Shown in pieces: positions 9,409 through 18,476 of a stretch of 64,000 bases of DNA. The stretch is from Candidatus Limnocylindrales bacterium. GTDB taxonomy: Bacteria; Chloroflexota; Limnocylindria; Limnocylindrales; CSP1-4. Under the pieces are notes generated by a model. It was not told the origin of the DNA, made no database searches, and was given only the letters and a program-made list of their open reading frames with translations. Each line of letters starts with the position of its first letter. The first letter of the stretch is position 1. The stretch lies in NCBI GenBank assembly GCA_038325875.1, contig JBBQJL010000002.1, forward strand, positions 64,003 to 128,002. Direction: 5' to 3'. The position numbers and the translations under genes are program-made.

Positions 9409-10818
9409 ATGACTGCCATCGACCCATTCCGGACGCTCGAGATCTCGCCCGGCGCATCGCAGGCGGAGATCAAGCGCGCCTACCGGCGGCTGGCCAAGCT
9501 GTACCACCCGGACTCCGCCGGCGAACGAGCGCTGCCCCGGTTCCTGGCGATCCAGGCGGCCTACGAGATGCTGGTCGACGAGCCGGGACGGCCACGGAGC
9601 GTCGGCCGGACGTCGTCAGCGCGTCCGGCGCCCGCGCCGGCCTGGCAGGCCGACGCCTCACGGGCGCGGGCGACGCGCGAGGCGTATCGAGCGCGAACGC
9701 GGCGAGCTGCCGGGTCGACCGGAAGCGCCGGATCGTCGGGGACCGCCGGCGCTGCTGGGTCGACCGCCGAGGAGCAGGCGAAGGCCTCGACCGAGACGAA
9801 CGAACCCGGCAGAACGGACGGCGCGGCGGGCCCGAACGCCAGTGCCTCTGGGCGAGGCGACGCCCCGGGCTCGACGACCGGGGGCCGGTCGAAGCGGTCG
9901 AGCCGGCGGACCAAGGCCACGATCGGTTCAACCAGCTACGACGGGGCGGACCGAGAGCCATTCGATCCGGCCTGGCAAGGAGCGACCTGGTACGGCGCGG
10001 GCAGCGGGACGTACTGGACGATCAACCCCAAGGAATACGCCGACCCTCGGAAGCACGGCCCGGAGTATCTCGCTCGCTCGCGTCGGGCGACGAGCACAGC
10101 GGCGGAGGAGCCGTCGGCGCCAGAGGCACCACCCGGGGCCGACGCTTCGAGCGGGGCCGACGCAGGGGCGACTCCGGAGGCGACGGCGCACAGGGCTGGA
10201 GCGCGACCCGGAGATGAGGTCCGCCCCGGACCGGGGCCGACCGCGGCCGGATCGTCCGATCAGGGTCCCTCCGGCGACGACCCATCGGCCGGACGATCAG
10301 CGCGTCCACCCGTCGCGGCGCCTCGCCCGATACGTCCCTCGGCACCACCGCCTCGGCCGTTCGCAGCCGCCGCCGGATCGGCAGCCTGGCCGGGTTCGAG
10401 CGACCTCCAGCGTGCCGCATCCACGCTGCCGGGGCGAGTCATCGTGGGGCTCTTCGGCTGGATCCCGATCGCCCTGGCCCTCGCCGCGCTGATCGAAGCC
10501 GTCCCGGTCTGCACCGGCGTGTCGACGGTCTGCGTCGATCCGCTGACCGGCGGACTGTGGATCGTCGACCTCGCCGTCATCGCCCTGCTCGTGGCGGTCC
10601 AACGGCTCGGCTGGATCGCGGCGATCGGCGCGGCGGCGTCCTTCGTGGTCGGGCTGATCGCGACGCCGGTCCTCCTGGTCCTGGGCGGCGCCCGGACAGC
10701 GACCGGCACCGCGAGCGCGCTGACGGTCGTCTTGGTCGTGGCCTGGCTGGGCGGCGTCGCGCTCGCCCTGAGCGGTCGGGTCGACCTCCCGCCATGGCGG
10801 CAGCGTCGCGTACGATGA
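9409..10818 (+). CDS. J-domain (DnaJ-like) protein with a long disordered linker and a C-terminal multi-TM anchor
   Basis: The N-terminal J domain has an HPD motif (EIKRAYRRLAKLYHPDSAG). A low-complexity A/G/S/P/R-rich region of about 270 aa follows, then 3-4 hydrophobic helices at the C-terminus. Confidence 0.8.
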   Translation: MTAIDPFRTLEISPGASQAEIKRAYRRLAKLYHPDSAGERALPRFLAIQAAYEMLVDEPGRPRSVGRTSSARPAPAPAWQADASRARATREAYRARTRRAAGSTGSAGSSGTAGAAGSTAEEQAKASTETNEPGRTDGAAGPNASASGRGDAPGSTTGGRSKRSSRRTKATIGSTSYDGADREPFDPAWQGATWYGAGSGTYWTINPKEYADPRKHGPEYLARSRRATSTAAEEPSAPEAPPGADASSGADAGATPEATAHRAGARPGDEVRPGPGPTAAGSSDQGPSGDDPSAGRSARPPVAAPRPIRPSAPPPRPFAAAAGSAAWPGSSDLQRAASTLPGRVIVGLFGWIPIALALAALIEAVPVCTGVSTVCVDPLTGGLWIVDLAVIALLVAVQRLGWIAAIGAAASFVVGLIATPVLLVLGGARTATGTASALTVVLVVAWLGGVALALSGRVDLPPWRQRRVR

Positions 10819-10822
10819 CGCG

Positions 10823-11566
10823 GTGAGCCGCCGGACCGACAGCCCAACCGAGATCTCGAGCGCCGCCCAGGAGTACCTCCTGGCGCTCCGGGTCATGGCC
10901 GTCGACGGCAGCCGGGTGACCGCCTCGCAGGTCGGCCGGCACCTCCACGTGAGCACCCAGGCCGCCAGCGAGATGTTCCGCCGCCTGGCCACCGACGGGC
11001 TGGTCAGCCATCCGACCGGGACGAGCGGCCGGGAGCTGGTCCTGACCGACGCGGGCCGAGCGGCGGCCGACGCGATCTTTCGCCGGCACGCCCTCCTCGA
11101 GTGGCTGCTGACTTCGATCGTGGGGCTCGGCTGGGCCGAGTCGGACGAGGAGGCGGCCCGCCTCCAGGGTGCGATCTCGCCGCGGGTCGAGGCGCGCCTG
11201 GACGAGATGCTCGGGCATCCGGAGACCTGCCCCCACGGCAACCCGATCGATGCGGCCACGGCCAGGCGTCGTCCGTCGGGCACGCCCCTGAGCGCTGCCG
11301 AGGCCGGCGAGCGCGCGACGATCCTGCGGATCACGGAAGAGGCCGAGGAGGACGCGGGCCTGCTGTCGTACCTCGAGGCACGCGCCCTCACCCCGGGCGC
11401 GCACGTCACGATCCTCGCTCGCTCCGGATCGCTCGACTCGCTGACGCTCGAGGGCCCCCGTGGGCGAGCGACCCTCGGGCTTCGGCCCGCCGCGCTCATC
11501 AGGATCCTGCCGGGCGAGGCGGACCCGACCCTGTTCCACCGGGTCCCACCCACAGCGACTCGATGA
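10823..11566 (+). CDS. DtxR/MntR/IdeR-family metal-dependent transcriptional regulator with FeoA-like C-terminal domain
   Basis: It has a wHTH (SQVGRHLHVSTQAASEMFRRLATDGLV), a metal-site block (RRHALLEWLL...LGHPETCPHGNPI) and an SH3-like tail. GTG start. Confidence 0.85.
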   Translation: MSRRTDSPTEISSAAQEYLLALRVMAVDGSRVTASQVGRHLHVSTQAASEMFRRLATDGLVSHPTGTSGRELVLTDAGRAAADAIFRRHALLEWLLTSIVGLGWAESDEEAARLQGAISPRVEARLDEMLGHPETCPHGNPIDAATARRRPSGTPLSAAEAGERATILRITEEAEEDAGLLSYLEARALTPGAHVTILARSGSLDSLTLEGPRGRATLGLRPAALIRILPGEADPTLFHRVPPTATR

Positions 11567-13089
11567 CGGAGCCGCTCGAACCGGGTCTGTCGACCGGCCA
11601 GCCGCGCGTCCGGATCGCCCCAAGTCCGACCGGCCCGCTCCACATCGGGACCGCCCGGACTGCGCTGTTCAACTTCCTGTTCGCACGCCATGTCGGAGGC
11701 ACGTTCCTCCTTCGCCTCGAGGACACCGATGTCGCCCGCTCGTCGCTGGCCTACGAGAAGGACATCCTCGACGGCCTCCATTGGCTGGGCCTGAGCTGGG
11801 ACGAGGGACCCGGCGTCGCCGGCGAGGAGGCGCGCGGCCCGCATGCCCCGTACCGCCAGATGGAGCGCCTGCCGCTCTACGCCGAAGCCGCCGACCGTCT
11901 GCGCGCGGCGGACATGGCCTACCCCTGCTTCTGCACGGCCGATGAGCTCGATGCCGAGCGGAAGCGTCTCGAGGCAGCCAGGCTGCCTCCGCGCTACAGC
12001 GGTCGCTGTGCCCGGCTGACCGAGGCCGAGCGGGCCGCATTGACGGCCCAGGGCCGCTGGGCGGCCCTCCGCTTCCGGGTCGGCGAAGGCGTCGTCACGT
12101 TCGACGACATGGTCCGCGGACGGGTCGAGATCGACGTGGCCAATCTCGGTGGCGACTTCGTCATCGTTCGCGGCGATGGGACACCGCTCTATCACTTCAC
12201 GGTCGTCGTCGACGACGCAGCCATGCGGATCACCCACGTCATCCGTGGCGAGGATCACCTGAGCAACACACCCAAGCACATCCTCCTGTTCCGGGCCCTC
12301 GGCAAGGAGGTGCCGCGGTTCGCCCACCTGCCGCTCATCCTCAATCCGGACCGGACCAAGATGAGCAAGCGCAAGAGCCAGACGGCGATCGGCGACTACA
12401 TCGCGGAGGGCTTCATCCGCGAGGGCCTGGTCAACTACCTGGCCCTGCTGGGGTGGTCGACCGGAACAGAGGAGGAGGTCCTCGGCCTCGGCGAGCTGTG
12501 CGCCAGGTTCGAGCTCGAGGCGGTCCACAAGGGCGGGGCCGTCTTCGACCGTGAGCGCCTCGAGTGGCTCAACGGCCAATGGATCCGCAAGCTGGCCCCG
12601 GCCGAGCTGGCCGAGCGTGTGCGGCCGTTCCTCGAGGCCGAGCGGATCGCCGGGCGGATCGATCGGATGCCGTCGGACGACGAGATCCTGACCCTCATCC
12701 CGCTCGTCCAGGAGCGGCTCCCGGTCCTCGGCGCGATCGGCGACCTGGTCGGGTTCCTGTTCGTCGATCGGCTCGCGGTCGGTGCGTCCCTGCTCATCCC
12801 CAAGCGCTGGGACGCTGCCACGACCCGGGCGGGTCTGACAGCCGCTCGGGAGGTCATCGCGGCCGCCGGCTCGGTCGCCTTCGAGGCCGACGAGCTCGAG
12901 CCGCCGCTGCGGGCCCTGGCCGAGGCGCGTGGCTGGAAGGCCGGCGACCTGTTCATGGCGATCCGTGTCGCGGTGACCGGCCGAACCGCTACGCCGCCGC
13001 TGTTCGACACGCTCGTTGCCCTCGGCTCCGAGCGGACGCTGGTCCGGCTCGATGCGGCCGTCGCCCAGCTTCCGGAGGATCGGCCATGA
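11563..13089 (+). CDS. gltX: glutamate--tRNA ligase
   Basis: It has the HIGH motif (PSPTGPLHIGTARTAL) and the KMSKS motif (TKMSKRK). ATG 11563 overlaps the dtxR-like stop (ATGA). Confidence 0.95.
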   Translation: MTEPLEPGLSTGQPRVRIAPSPTGPLHIGTARTALFNFLFARHVGGTFLLRLEDTDVARSSLAYEKDILDGLHWLGLSWDEGPGVAGEEARGPHAPYRQMERLPLYAEAADRLRAADMAYPCFCTADELDAERKRLEAARLPPRYSGRCARLTEAERAALTAQGRWAALRFRVGEGVVTFDDMVRGRVEIDVANLGGDFVIVRGDGTPLYHFTVVVDDAAMRITHVIRGEDHLSNTPKHILLFRALGKEVPRFAHLPLILNPDRTKMSKRKSQTAIGDYIAEGFIREGLVNYLALLGWSTGTEEEVLGLGELCARFELEAVHKGGAVFDRERLEWLNGQWIRKLAPAELAERVRPFLEAERIAGRIDRMPSDDEILTLIPLVQERLPVLGAIGDLVGFLFVDRLAVGASLLIPKRWDAATTRAGLTAAREVIAAAGSVAFEADELEPPLRALAEARGWKAGDLFMAIRVAVTGRTATPPLFDTLVALGSERTLVRLDAAVAQLPEDRP

Positions 13090-13190
13090 CCGACCTGGAT
13101 GTCCGAGCCTGGCTCGACCGCTATGTCGCCGCCTGGTCGAGTTACGACCCGGTCGAGATCGGCGACCTGGCCGTCAGCGCAGCCGCTTGA
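13086..13190 (+). pseudogene. 34-aa remnant of an NTF2/SnoaL-like protein
   Basis: MTDLDVRAWLDRYVAAWSSYDPVEIGDL looks like the N-terminus of SnoaL/NTF2-like proteins of about 130 aa but stops after 34 codons. ATGA overlaps the gltX stop. The 3' end overlaps the convergent methyltransferase gene by 17 nt. Confidence 0.4.
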
Positions 13191-13902
13191 GGAATCCTTT
13201 CGGGTTGAGGGTCATCATGAACCGCTCGCGATCAGGGTCGCTGGCGTAGTCGTCGGTCGTCGCCTGGAACGCCTCCAGTGCCTCCATCGGGCCGGGGCCG
13301 AAGTCGGGTCGGGCCGGGTGGCCGTTGACATCGGTGTCCTCGACGATCAGGTAGCAGCCGACCGAGACCACGTCCCGATAGGCGTTCAGCTCGGCCAGGA
13401 CGTGGTCGCGACTGTGATCCGAATCGAGGATGACCATCGTCCGCTGGCCACGCGCGGCGGCTCGGACCTGCTCGACGATGGTCGGGTCGGCCGTCGAGCC
13501 GGCGAGGTACTCGATCCGCGGGTGGGTCGGCCGTGCAGGCGCCGTGTCGATGTCGATGGTCAGCACCCGTCCGTGCCCGAGCAGGTCGAGGATCGACGCC
13601 AGGTAGTAGGCACTCCCGCCGAAGCGGGTCCCGCACTCGACCACCAGATCGGGCCTGGTTTCGACCAGGATCTCCTGGTAGGTCCACAGGTCCATCGGAC
13701 ATTTCAGCGTCCGATGGCCGAACCACGACAGGTCGATCGTGAAGCGCTTGTCCCGCCACGCGTCGTAGTAGGCACGGTGGAATGCGTCGGTCGCGAGCTG
13801 TTCCTCGGCGGTCAGCGGCCGGAGCCCCTTCGGGGCAGCGAACTTGCCGATCTTGAGGCCGGCGGAGCCGAGACGAAGTCGGTGGCGCAAGGAGATGCCC
13901 AT
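13174..13902 (-). CDS. CmcI-like class I SAM-dependent methyltransferase (cephalosporin hydroxylase family fold)
   Basis: KCPMDLWTYQEIL, PDLVVECGTRFGGSAYYLA, ILDSDHS and LIVEDT are characteristic CmcI-family blocks. I chose the internal ATG at 13902. Confidence 0.75.
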   Translation of the reverse strand: MGISLRHRLRLGSAGLKIGKFAAPKGLRPLTAEEQLATDAFHRAYYDAWRDKRFTIDLSWFGHRTLKCPMDLWTYQEILVETRPDLVVECGTRFGGSAYYLASILDLLGHGRVLTIDIDTAPARPTHPRIEYLAGSTADPTIVEQVRAAARGQRTMVILDSDHSRDHVLAELNAYRDVVSVGCYLIVEDTDVNGHPARPDFGPGPMEALEAFQATTDDYASDPDRERFMMTLNPKGFLKRLR

Positions 13903-13990
13903 CGACGCGAACCATACCCGACCGAGGACCGCCACCACTGGCGAGCGGCGGGCTGCCGGCATGGGGCGTCGCCGCACCACAGGCGCCGGC

Positions 13991-14023
13991 GTTGACCGCC
14001 TGTTAACCGCGGACCGCTACGAT
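13991..14023 (+). promoter_or_regulatory. PHO-box-like direct repeats plus -10 box of the phoP-like gene (probably leaderless)
   Basis: GTTGACCGCCT and GTTAACCGCGG (13991-14012) are 11-nt phased repeats with a GTTNAC core. TACGAT (14018-14023) lies 8 nt before ATG 14032, and there is no SD sequence. Confidence 0.4.
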
Positions 14024-14031
14024 GGGTCGAG

Positions 14032-14727
14032 ATGGCACGTACGATCCTCGTCGTCGACGACGAACCGACCCTGCGCGAGACCCTGGCCGACGGCCTCGAG
14101 GCAGAGGGATTCACGGTCGTCACCGCCGCTGACGGTCGCGAGGCCCTGACCCGCTTCCGGTCAGCTCGACCCGACCTCATCGTCCTCGACCTGATGCTGC
14201 CCGAGCTGTCCGGAGTCGAGGTTTGCCGGATCATCCGGGCCGAATCACCGGTGCCGATCCTGATGCTGACCGCGAAGGACTCCGAGGTCGACAAGGTCGT
14301 TGGCCTCGAACTCGGGGCGGACGACTACGTCACCAAGCCGTTCAGCCTGCGCGAGCTCATCGCCCGCATCCGCGCCCTCCTGCGCCGGACCGAGCGTGGC
14401 CTGGCCGAAGCCGACCCACCCGCCATGGTCGACCTCGGGGACATGCAGGTGGACCTGGCCGGCCACCGGATCCTGCGTGACGGCCGGACGGTCCCGGTCA
14501 AGCCCAAGGCGTTCGAGTTGCTCGCGTTCCTGCTCCGCCATCCCGGCCAGGCGTTCACCCGCGATCAGCTCCTCGAGCACGTGTGGGGCTACGACTACGC
14601 CGGCGAGACCAGGACCGTCGACGTCCACGTCCACTGGCTGCGCAGCCGGATCGAGACGGACCCGTCCGACCCGCAGTTCCTGCACACCGTTCGCGGCGTC
14701 GGATACGTCTTCCGCCGGCCGACCTGA
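14032..14727 (+). CDS. OmpR/PhoB-family response regulator (PhoP/RegX3-like by context)
   Basis: The REC domain (ILVVDDEP...DLIVLDLMLP...LTAKD) is followed by a winged-helix Trans_reg_C domain (RTVDVHVHWLRSRIE...TVRGVGY). It sits inside the Pho gene cluster. Confidence 0.9.
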   Translation: MARTILVVDDEPTLRETLADGLEAEGFTVVTAADGREALTRFRSARPDLIVLDLMLPELSGVEVCRIIRAESPVPILMLTAKDSEVDKVVGLELGADDYVTKPFSLRELIARIRALLRRTERGLAEADPPAMVDLGDMQVDLAGHRILRDGRTVPVKPKAFELLAFLLRHPGQAFTRDQLLEHVWGYDYAGETRTVDVHVHWLRSRIETDPSDPQFLHTVRGVGYVFRRPT

Positions 14728-14742
14728 ACCCGGCCTGCCCGC

Positions 14743-15765
14743 CTATCTGAACAGGGCGAACAGGACCAGGTACGTCGCCGCGGCGATCCCGCCGGCCGCC
14801 GGCAGGGTCAGGATCCAGGCAGTGACCATGTTCCCGGCCACGCCCCAGTGGACGGCCTTCGGCCGGTCGACCGAGCCGACGCCCATGATCGCGCTCGAGA
14901 TGACCTGGGTCGTCGAGACCGGGATGCCGAAGTGCGACGCCCCCAGGATGACCGAGGCGGCCGTCGTCTCCGCGGCGAACCCATGGACCGGATCGAGCTT
15001 GACCACCTTCTGGCCCATCGTCTTGATGATCCGCCAGCCGCCCGCGGCGGTCCCCAGACTGATCGCCGTGGCGGCGACCAGGATGACCGGGAGCGGCACC
15101 GTCTTGGTGTCGATGATCCCGGCCGAGAACAGCGCCAGGGTCATGATGCCCATCGTCTTCTGGGCATCATTCGAGCCGTGGGCGAAGGCCATGTATGACG
15201 CCGACACGACCTGGAGCTTGCGGAATCGATCATTCATCCGATGTGGCCGGCCGCGCTGGAAGAGCCAGTAGATCAGGGCCATCAGGGCGAAGGCGATGCC
15301 GAATCCGATGAGCGGCGAGGTCACCAGCGGGATGATGACCTTGGTCATGACGCCGTTGACCTGGATCGCCGCGATCCCACCGCCGGCCAGCGACGCCCCG
15401 AGCAACCCGCCGATGAGGGCGTGGCTCGACGAGCTCGGGATCCCCAACCCCCAGGTGATCAGGTTCCAGACGATCCCCCCGACCAGGGCGGCCATGATCA
15501 CCAGCTCGTTCGGGTTAACGCCGGTCCCGGTGTCGGGCAGTGGGTTGACCAGTCCGGACGAGATCGTCTGAGCGACTGCGGTCCCGGTCAGGGCACCGAC
15601 GAAGTTCATCGTGGCCGACAGGACGATGGCGTATTCGGGCTTGAGGGCCCGAGTGGAAACGGAGGTCGCGATCGCGTTGGCGGTGTCGTGGAATCCGTTG
15701 ATGTAGTCGAATACGACGCTCAGGACGAGGATCGCGATGAGGACGAGCGAAACGCCTTCGGGCAC
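14743..15765 (-). CDS. pit: inorganic phosphate transporter, PiT (PHO4) family
   Basis: It has the N-terminal signature DYINGFHDTANAIATSV and the repeated half GSNDAQKTMG. It is polytopic, about 340 aa, with a GTG start. Confidence 0.9.
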   Translation of the reverse strand: MPEGVSLVLIAILVLSVVFDYINGFHDTANAIATSVSTRALKPEYAIVLSATMNFVGALTGTAVAQTISSGLVNPLPDTGTGVNPNELVIMAALVGGIVWNLITWGLGIPSSSSHALIGGLLGASLAGGGIAAIQVNGVMTKVIIPLVTSPLIGFGIAFALMALIYWLFQRGRPHRMNDRFRKLQVVSASYMAFAHGSNDAQKTMGIMTLALFSAGIIDTKTVPLPVILVAATAISLGTAAGGWRIIKTMGQKVVKLDPVHGFAAETTAASVILGASHFGIPVSTTQVISSAIMGVGSVDRPKAVHWGVAGNMVTAWILTLPAAGGIAAATYLVLFALFR

Positions 15766-15876
15766 GTGGGGATGTTCTCCGACCGCCGGACTGGGGTGGC
15801 ACGGTGCGACCGCCTGGGACCCGCCCGAGGCTAACAGGTTCGGCGCGCAAGAGCGGCCGGCCCTATCCTACCCGCC

Positions 15877-17601
15877 ATGCGCCTGAGCAAGTTGTTCTTC
15901 ACGTCGCTCCGCGACGATCCTGCCGATGCCGAGATGGCGTCGCACCGGCTGCTCGTTCGAGCCGGCTATGTCCGCCAGCTCGGATCGGGCCTGTACAGCC
16001 TCCTGCCGCTGGGCCATCGGGTCAACCGGCGGGTAGAGCAGGTCGTCCGCGAGGAGATGGACCGGATCGGCAGCCAGGAGATGTCGATGCCGGTCGTCCA
16101 CCCCGCGGACGTCTGGCGGGCGTCCGGTCGGTATGACCAGATCGGGCCCGAGCTCGCCCGGTTCAAGGACCGGACCGGTCGGGACATGGTCATCGCGATG
16201 ACCCACGAGGAGGTCGTCGCCGGGCTGCTCGCGGACATCGTCAGGTCGTACCGCCAGCTGCCCCTGATGGTCTACCACTTCCAGACCAAGTTCCGTGACG
16301 AGCCGCGGTCGCGTGGCGGCCTCGTCCGCGTCCGCGAGTTCGTGATGAAGGACGCCTACAGCTGCGACCTCGACGAGGCCGGCCTCGACGAGAGCTATCG
16401 GCTCCAGTACGAGGCCTACGTCCGGATCTTCGAGCGGCTCGGTCTCGAGGCGATCCCGGTCGCGTCCGATGTCGGGATGATGGGTGGGACCCAGGCACAC
16501 GAATTCATGGTCCTCAACGCGTCCGGGGAGGACGTCCTGGTCCTGTGCGAGCGCTGCGATTATTCGGCCAACCGGCAGGTCGCCGCCGTCCGCTCCCCGG
16601 CGGTCCCCGCCGTCGCCCTGCTGCCCATGGAGGAGGTCGAGACGCCGGGCACGACGACGATCGCCTCATTGGCGGCGTTCCTCGGCATCGAACCGGCGCA
16701 GACCGCCAAGGCCGCCTTCTTCGTCGCCGGGGACGGCCGGCTGATCACGGCCATCGTCCGTGGCGACCGCGAGGTCAACGAGACGAAGCTGGTCAATGCG
16801 GTCAAGGTCGCCGGCGGGCTTCGGCCCGCCCAGGTCGAGGAGATCAAGGCGGCCGGGATGGAGCCCGGCTACGGGTCGCCCGTCGGCGCGCGTGGCACGG
16901 TAGTCGTGGTCGACGAGCTGGCCGCCCGCACAGCGAACCTGGTGGCCGGCGCCAACCGGGTCGGCTGGCACATCCGCAACGTCAACGTCGGACGAGACTT
17001 CAGGGCGGACGTGGTGGCCGACATCGACAACGCCCAGGAAGGCGATCCGTGCCCGACCTGCGGCTCGCCGCTCATCCTGCGCAACGGGATCGAGGTCGGC
17101 AACATCTTCAAGCTCGGGACGAAGTACAGCGAGGCGTTCGACGCGCGCTACCTTGGCGAGGATGGCAAGGAGCACCTCATCGTCATGGGCTCGTACGGGA
17201 TCGGCATCGGCCGGAACGTCGCCTGCGTGGTCGAGGCCCACCACGACGACAAGGGCATCGTCTGGCCCGTCGAGGTGGCCCCGTATCCGGCCCACCTGGT
17301 GTCGATCGGCGTGAACAAAGAGCCTCGGGTGGAGGAGGTGGCGCAACATCTCCACGACGCTGCGGCGGCAGCCGGACGCGAGCTCCTGTGGGACGACCGG
17401 GCCGAGTCGCCCGGGGTCAAGTTCACCGATGCGGAGCTGCTCGGGATGCCCTGGATCGTGACGATCAGCCCGCGCTCGCTGGCCGCCGGCGGCGCCGAAG
17501 TGACCGATCGCTCGACGGGCGAACGGTCGGTCCGTCCGCTGGCCGATGTCGAGGCCTGGCTGACCGGCTCGGCCGACGCGGTGCCGGACGCCAGACCATG
17601 A
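15877..17601 (+). CDS. proS: proline--tRNA ligase
   Basis: Bacterial-type ProRS features are present: N-terminus MRLSKLFFTSLRDDPADAE..SHRLLVRAGY, class II motif 2 FRDEPRSRGGLVRVREF, an INS editing domain and a C-terminal anticodon domain. Confidence 0.95.
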   Translation: MRLSKLFFTSLRDDPADAEMASHRLLVRAGYVRQLGSGLYSLLPLGHRVNRRVEQVVREEMDRIGSQEMSMPVVHPADVWRASGRYDQIGPELARFKDRTGRDMVIAMTHEEVVAGLLADIVRSYRQLPLMVYHFQTKFRDEPRSRGGLVRVREFVMKDAYSCDLDEAGLDESYRLQYEAYVRIFERLGLEAIPVASDVGMMGGTQAHEFMVLNASGEDVLVLCERCDYSANRQVAAVRSPAVPAVALLPMEEVETPGTTTIASLAAFLGIEPAQTAKAAFFVAGDGRLITAIVRGDREVNETKLVNAVKVAGGLRPAQVEEIKAAGMEPGYGSPVGARGTVVVVDELAARTANLVAGANRVGWHIRNVNVGRDFRADVVADIDNAQEGDPCPTCGSPLILRNGIEVGNIFKLGTKYSEAFDARYLGEDGKEHLIVMGSYGIGIGRNVACVVEAHHDDKGIVWPVEVAPYPAHLVSIGVNKEPRVEEVAQHLHDAAAAAGRELLWDDRAESPGVKFTDAELLGMPWIVTISPRSLAAGGAEVTDRSTGERSVRPLADVEAWLTGSADAVPDARP

Positions 17602-18437
17602 GCGGCGGCGCCTCGGCGACGCCGATCCGGCTGAGCGCCGGCGACGCAACGCTCGAGATGAGCCCAGCCGATGGGGGCCGGCTCGCCTCGTTCACCGTCG
17701 GCGGTCGCGAGCTGCTGGTGACCGGTCCATCCGATCCGATGGCCTGGGGCTGCTATCCCATGGTCCCCTGGGCCGGGCGGATCCGGTACGGCCGGTTCGC
17801 CTTCGACGGACGGGACTACCAGCTGCCGCTCGGTCTTCCGCCGCACGCTATCCACGGCATCGTGTTCGATCGCCCGTGGCGGGTCGACGACGCCACGACG
17901 CTGTCGGTCGATCTTGGGCCTCCATGGCCGTTCGCCGGGCGGGTCGTCCAGCGGGTCACCCTGGAGCCCGGGCGGCTGGTCCTGACCCTTGAGCTCCACG
18001 CCGCCGAGCGGATGCCGGCGACGCTCGGCTGGCATCCCTGGTTCCGGCGCCGTCTCGACCCCGACAGCGCCGTTCCGCACGGCGAGCCGGCCGAGGCGGT
18101 GCTCAGGCTCGATGCCGGCTCGATGTACGTCCGTGACGCCGACGGGATCCCGACCGGGGCACTGGTCGCGCCGCGGCCCGGCCCCTGGGATGACTGCTTC
18201 ACCGATCTGCGCGCCGCACCGACGCTCCGCTGGCCCGGGTTGCTGGAGCTCGAGCTGCGCTCGGACGCGTCCGACTGGGTCGTCTACACCGAGCCCGCCC
18301 ACGCCATCTGCGTGGAGCCTCAGACGGGCCCGCCCGATGCGCTGAACCTGCGGCCGCTGGTCGTCGAGCCCGGGCGGCCGCTGGAGGCGACGATGGAGTG
18401 GCGTTGGCGCTCGCTCGAGGCCGATCGGAGCGGCTGA
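17598..18437 (+). CDS. aldose 1-epimerase family protein
   Basis: GCYPMVPWAGRI, PPHAIHGIVF and the C-terminal CVEPQTGPPDALN are mutarotase-superfamily blocks. ATG 17598 overlaps the proS stop (ATGA). Confidence 0.65.
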   Translation: MSGGASATPIRLSAGDATLEMSPADGGRLASFTVGGRELLVTGPSDPMAWGCYPMVPWAGRIRYGRFAFDGRDYQLPLGLPPHAIHGIVFDRPWRVDDATTLSVDLGPPWPFAGRVVQRVTLEPGRLVLTLELHAAERMPATLGWHPWFRRRLDPDSAVPHGEPAEAVLRLDAGSMYVRDADGIPTGALVAPRPGPWDDCFTDLRAAPTLRWPGLLELELRSDASDWVVYTEPAHAICVEPQTGPPDALNLRPLVVEPGRPLEATMEWRWRSLEADRSG

Positions 18438-18476
18438 TCACCTCGAACCCGAGGCGCCGGCGCCGGCCCGCTGCGA

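Noticed and set aside
10297-12579. A 760-aa minus-strand ORF overlapping the DnaJ-like 3' end, the dtxR-like gene and gltX.
   Set aside because: It is antisense to genes with unambiguous motifs (HIGH/KMSKS, DtxR HTH). Its product is Arg/Pro/Gly/Asp-rich low-complexity with no motif. This is the typical stop-codon-poor antisense frame of very GC-rich DNA.
15766-15876. PHO boxes upstream of pit.
   Set aside because: There are only loose CACC-containing repeats (GTCGCACCGTGCCACC) and no clear 11-nt-phased GTTNAC units like those at pstS and the phoP-like gene. The support is not good enough to call.
18438-18476. The GGCGCCGGCGCC palindrome between the convergent epimerase-family and DUF47 genes, considered as a terminator.
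   Set aside because: It is a self-complementary 12-mer with no loop and no U-tract. A stable terminator hairpin is not evident.
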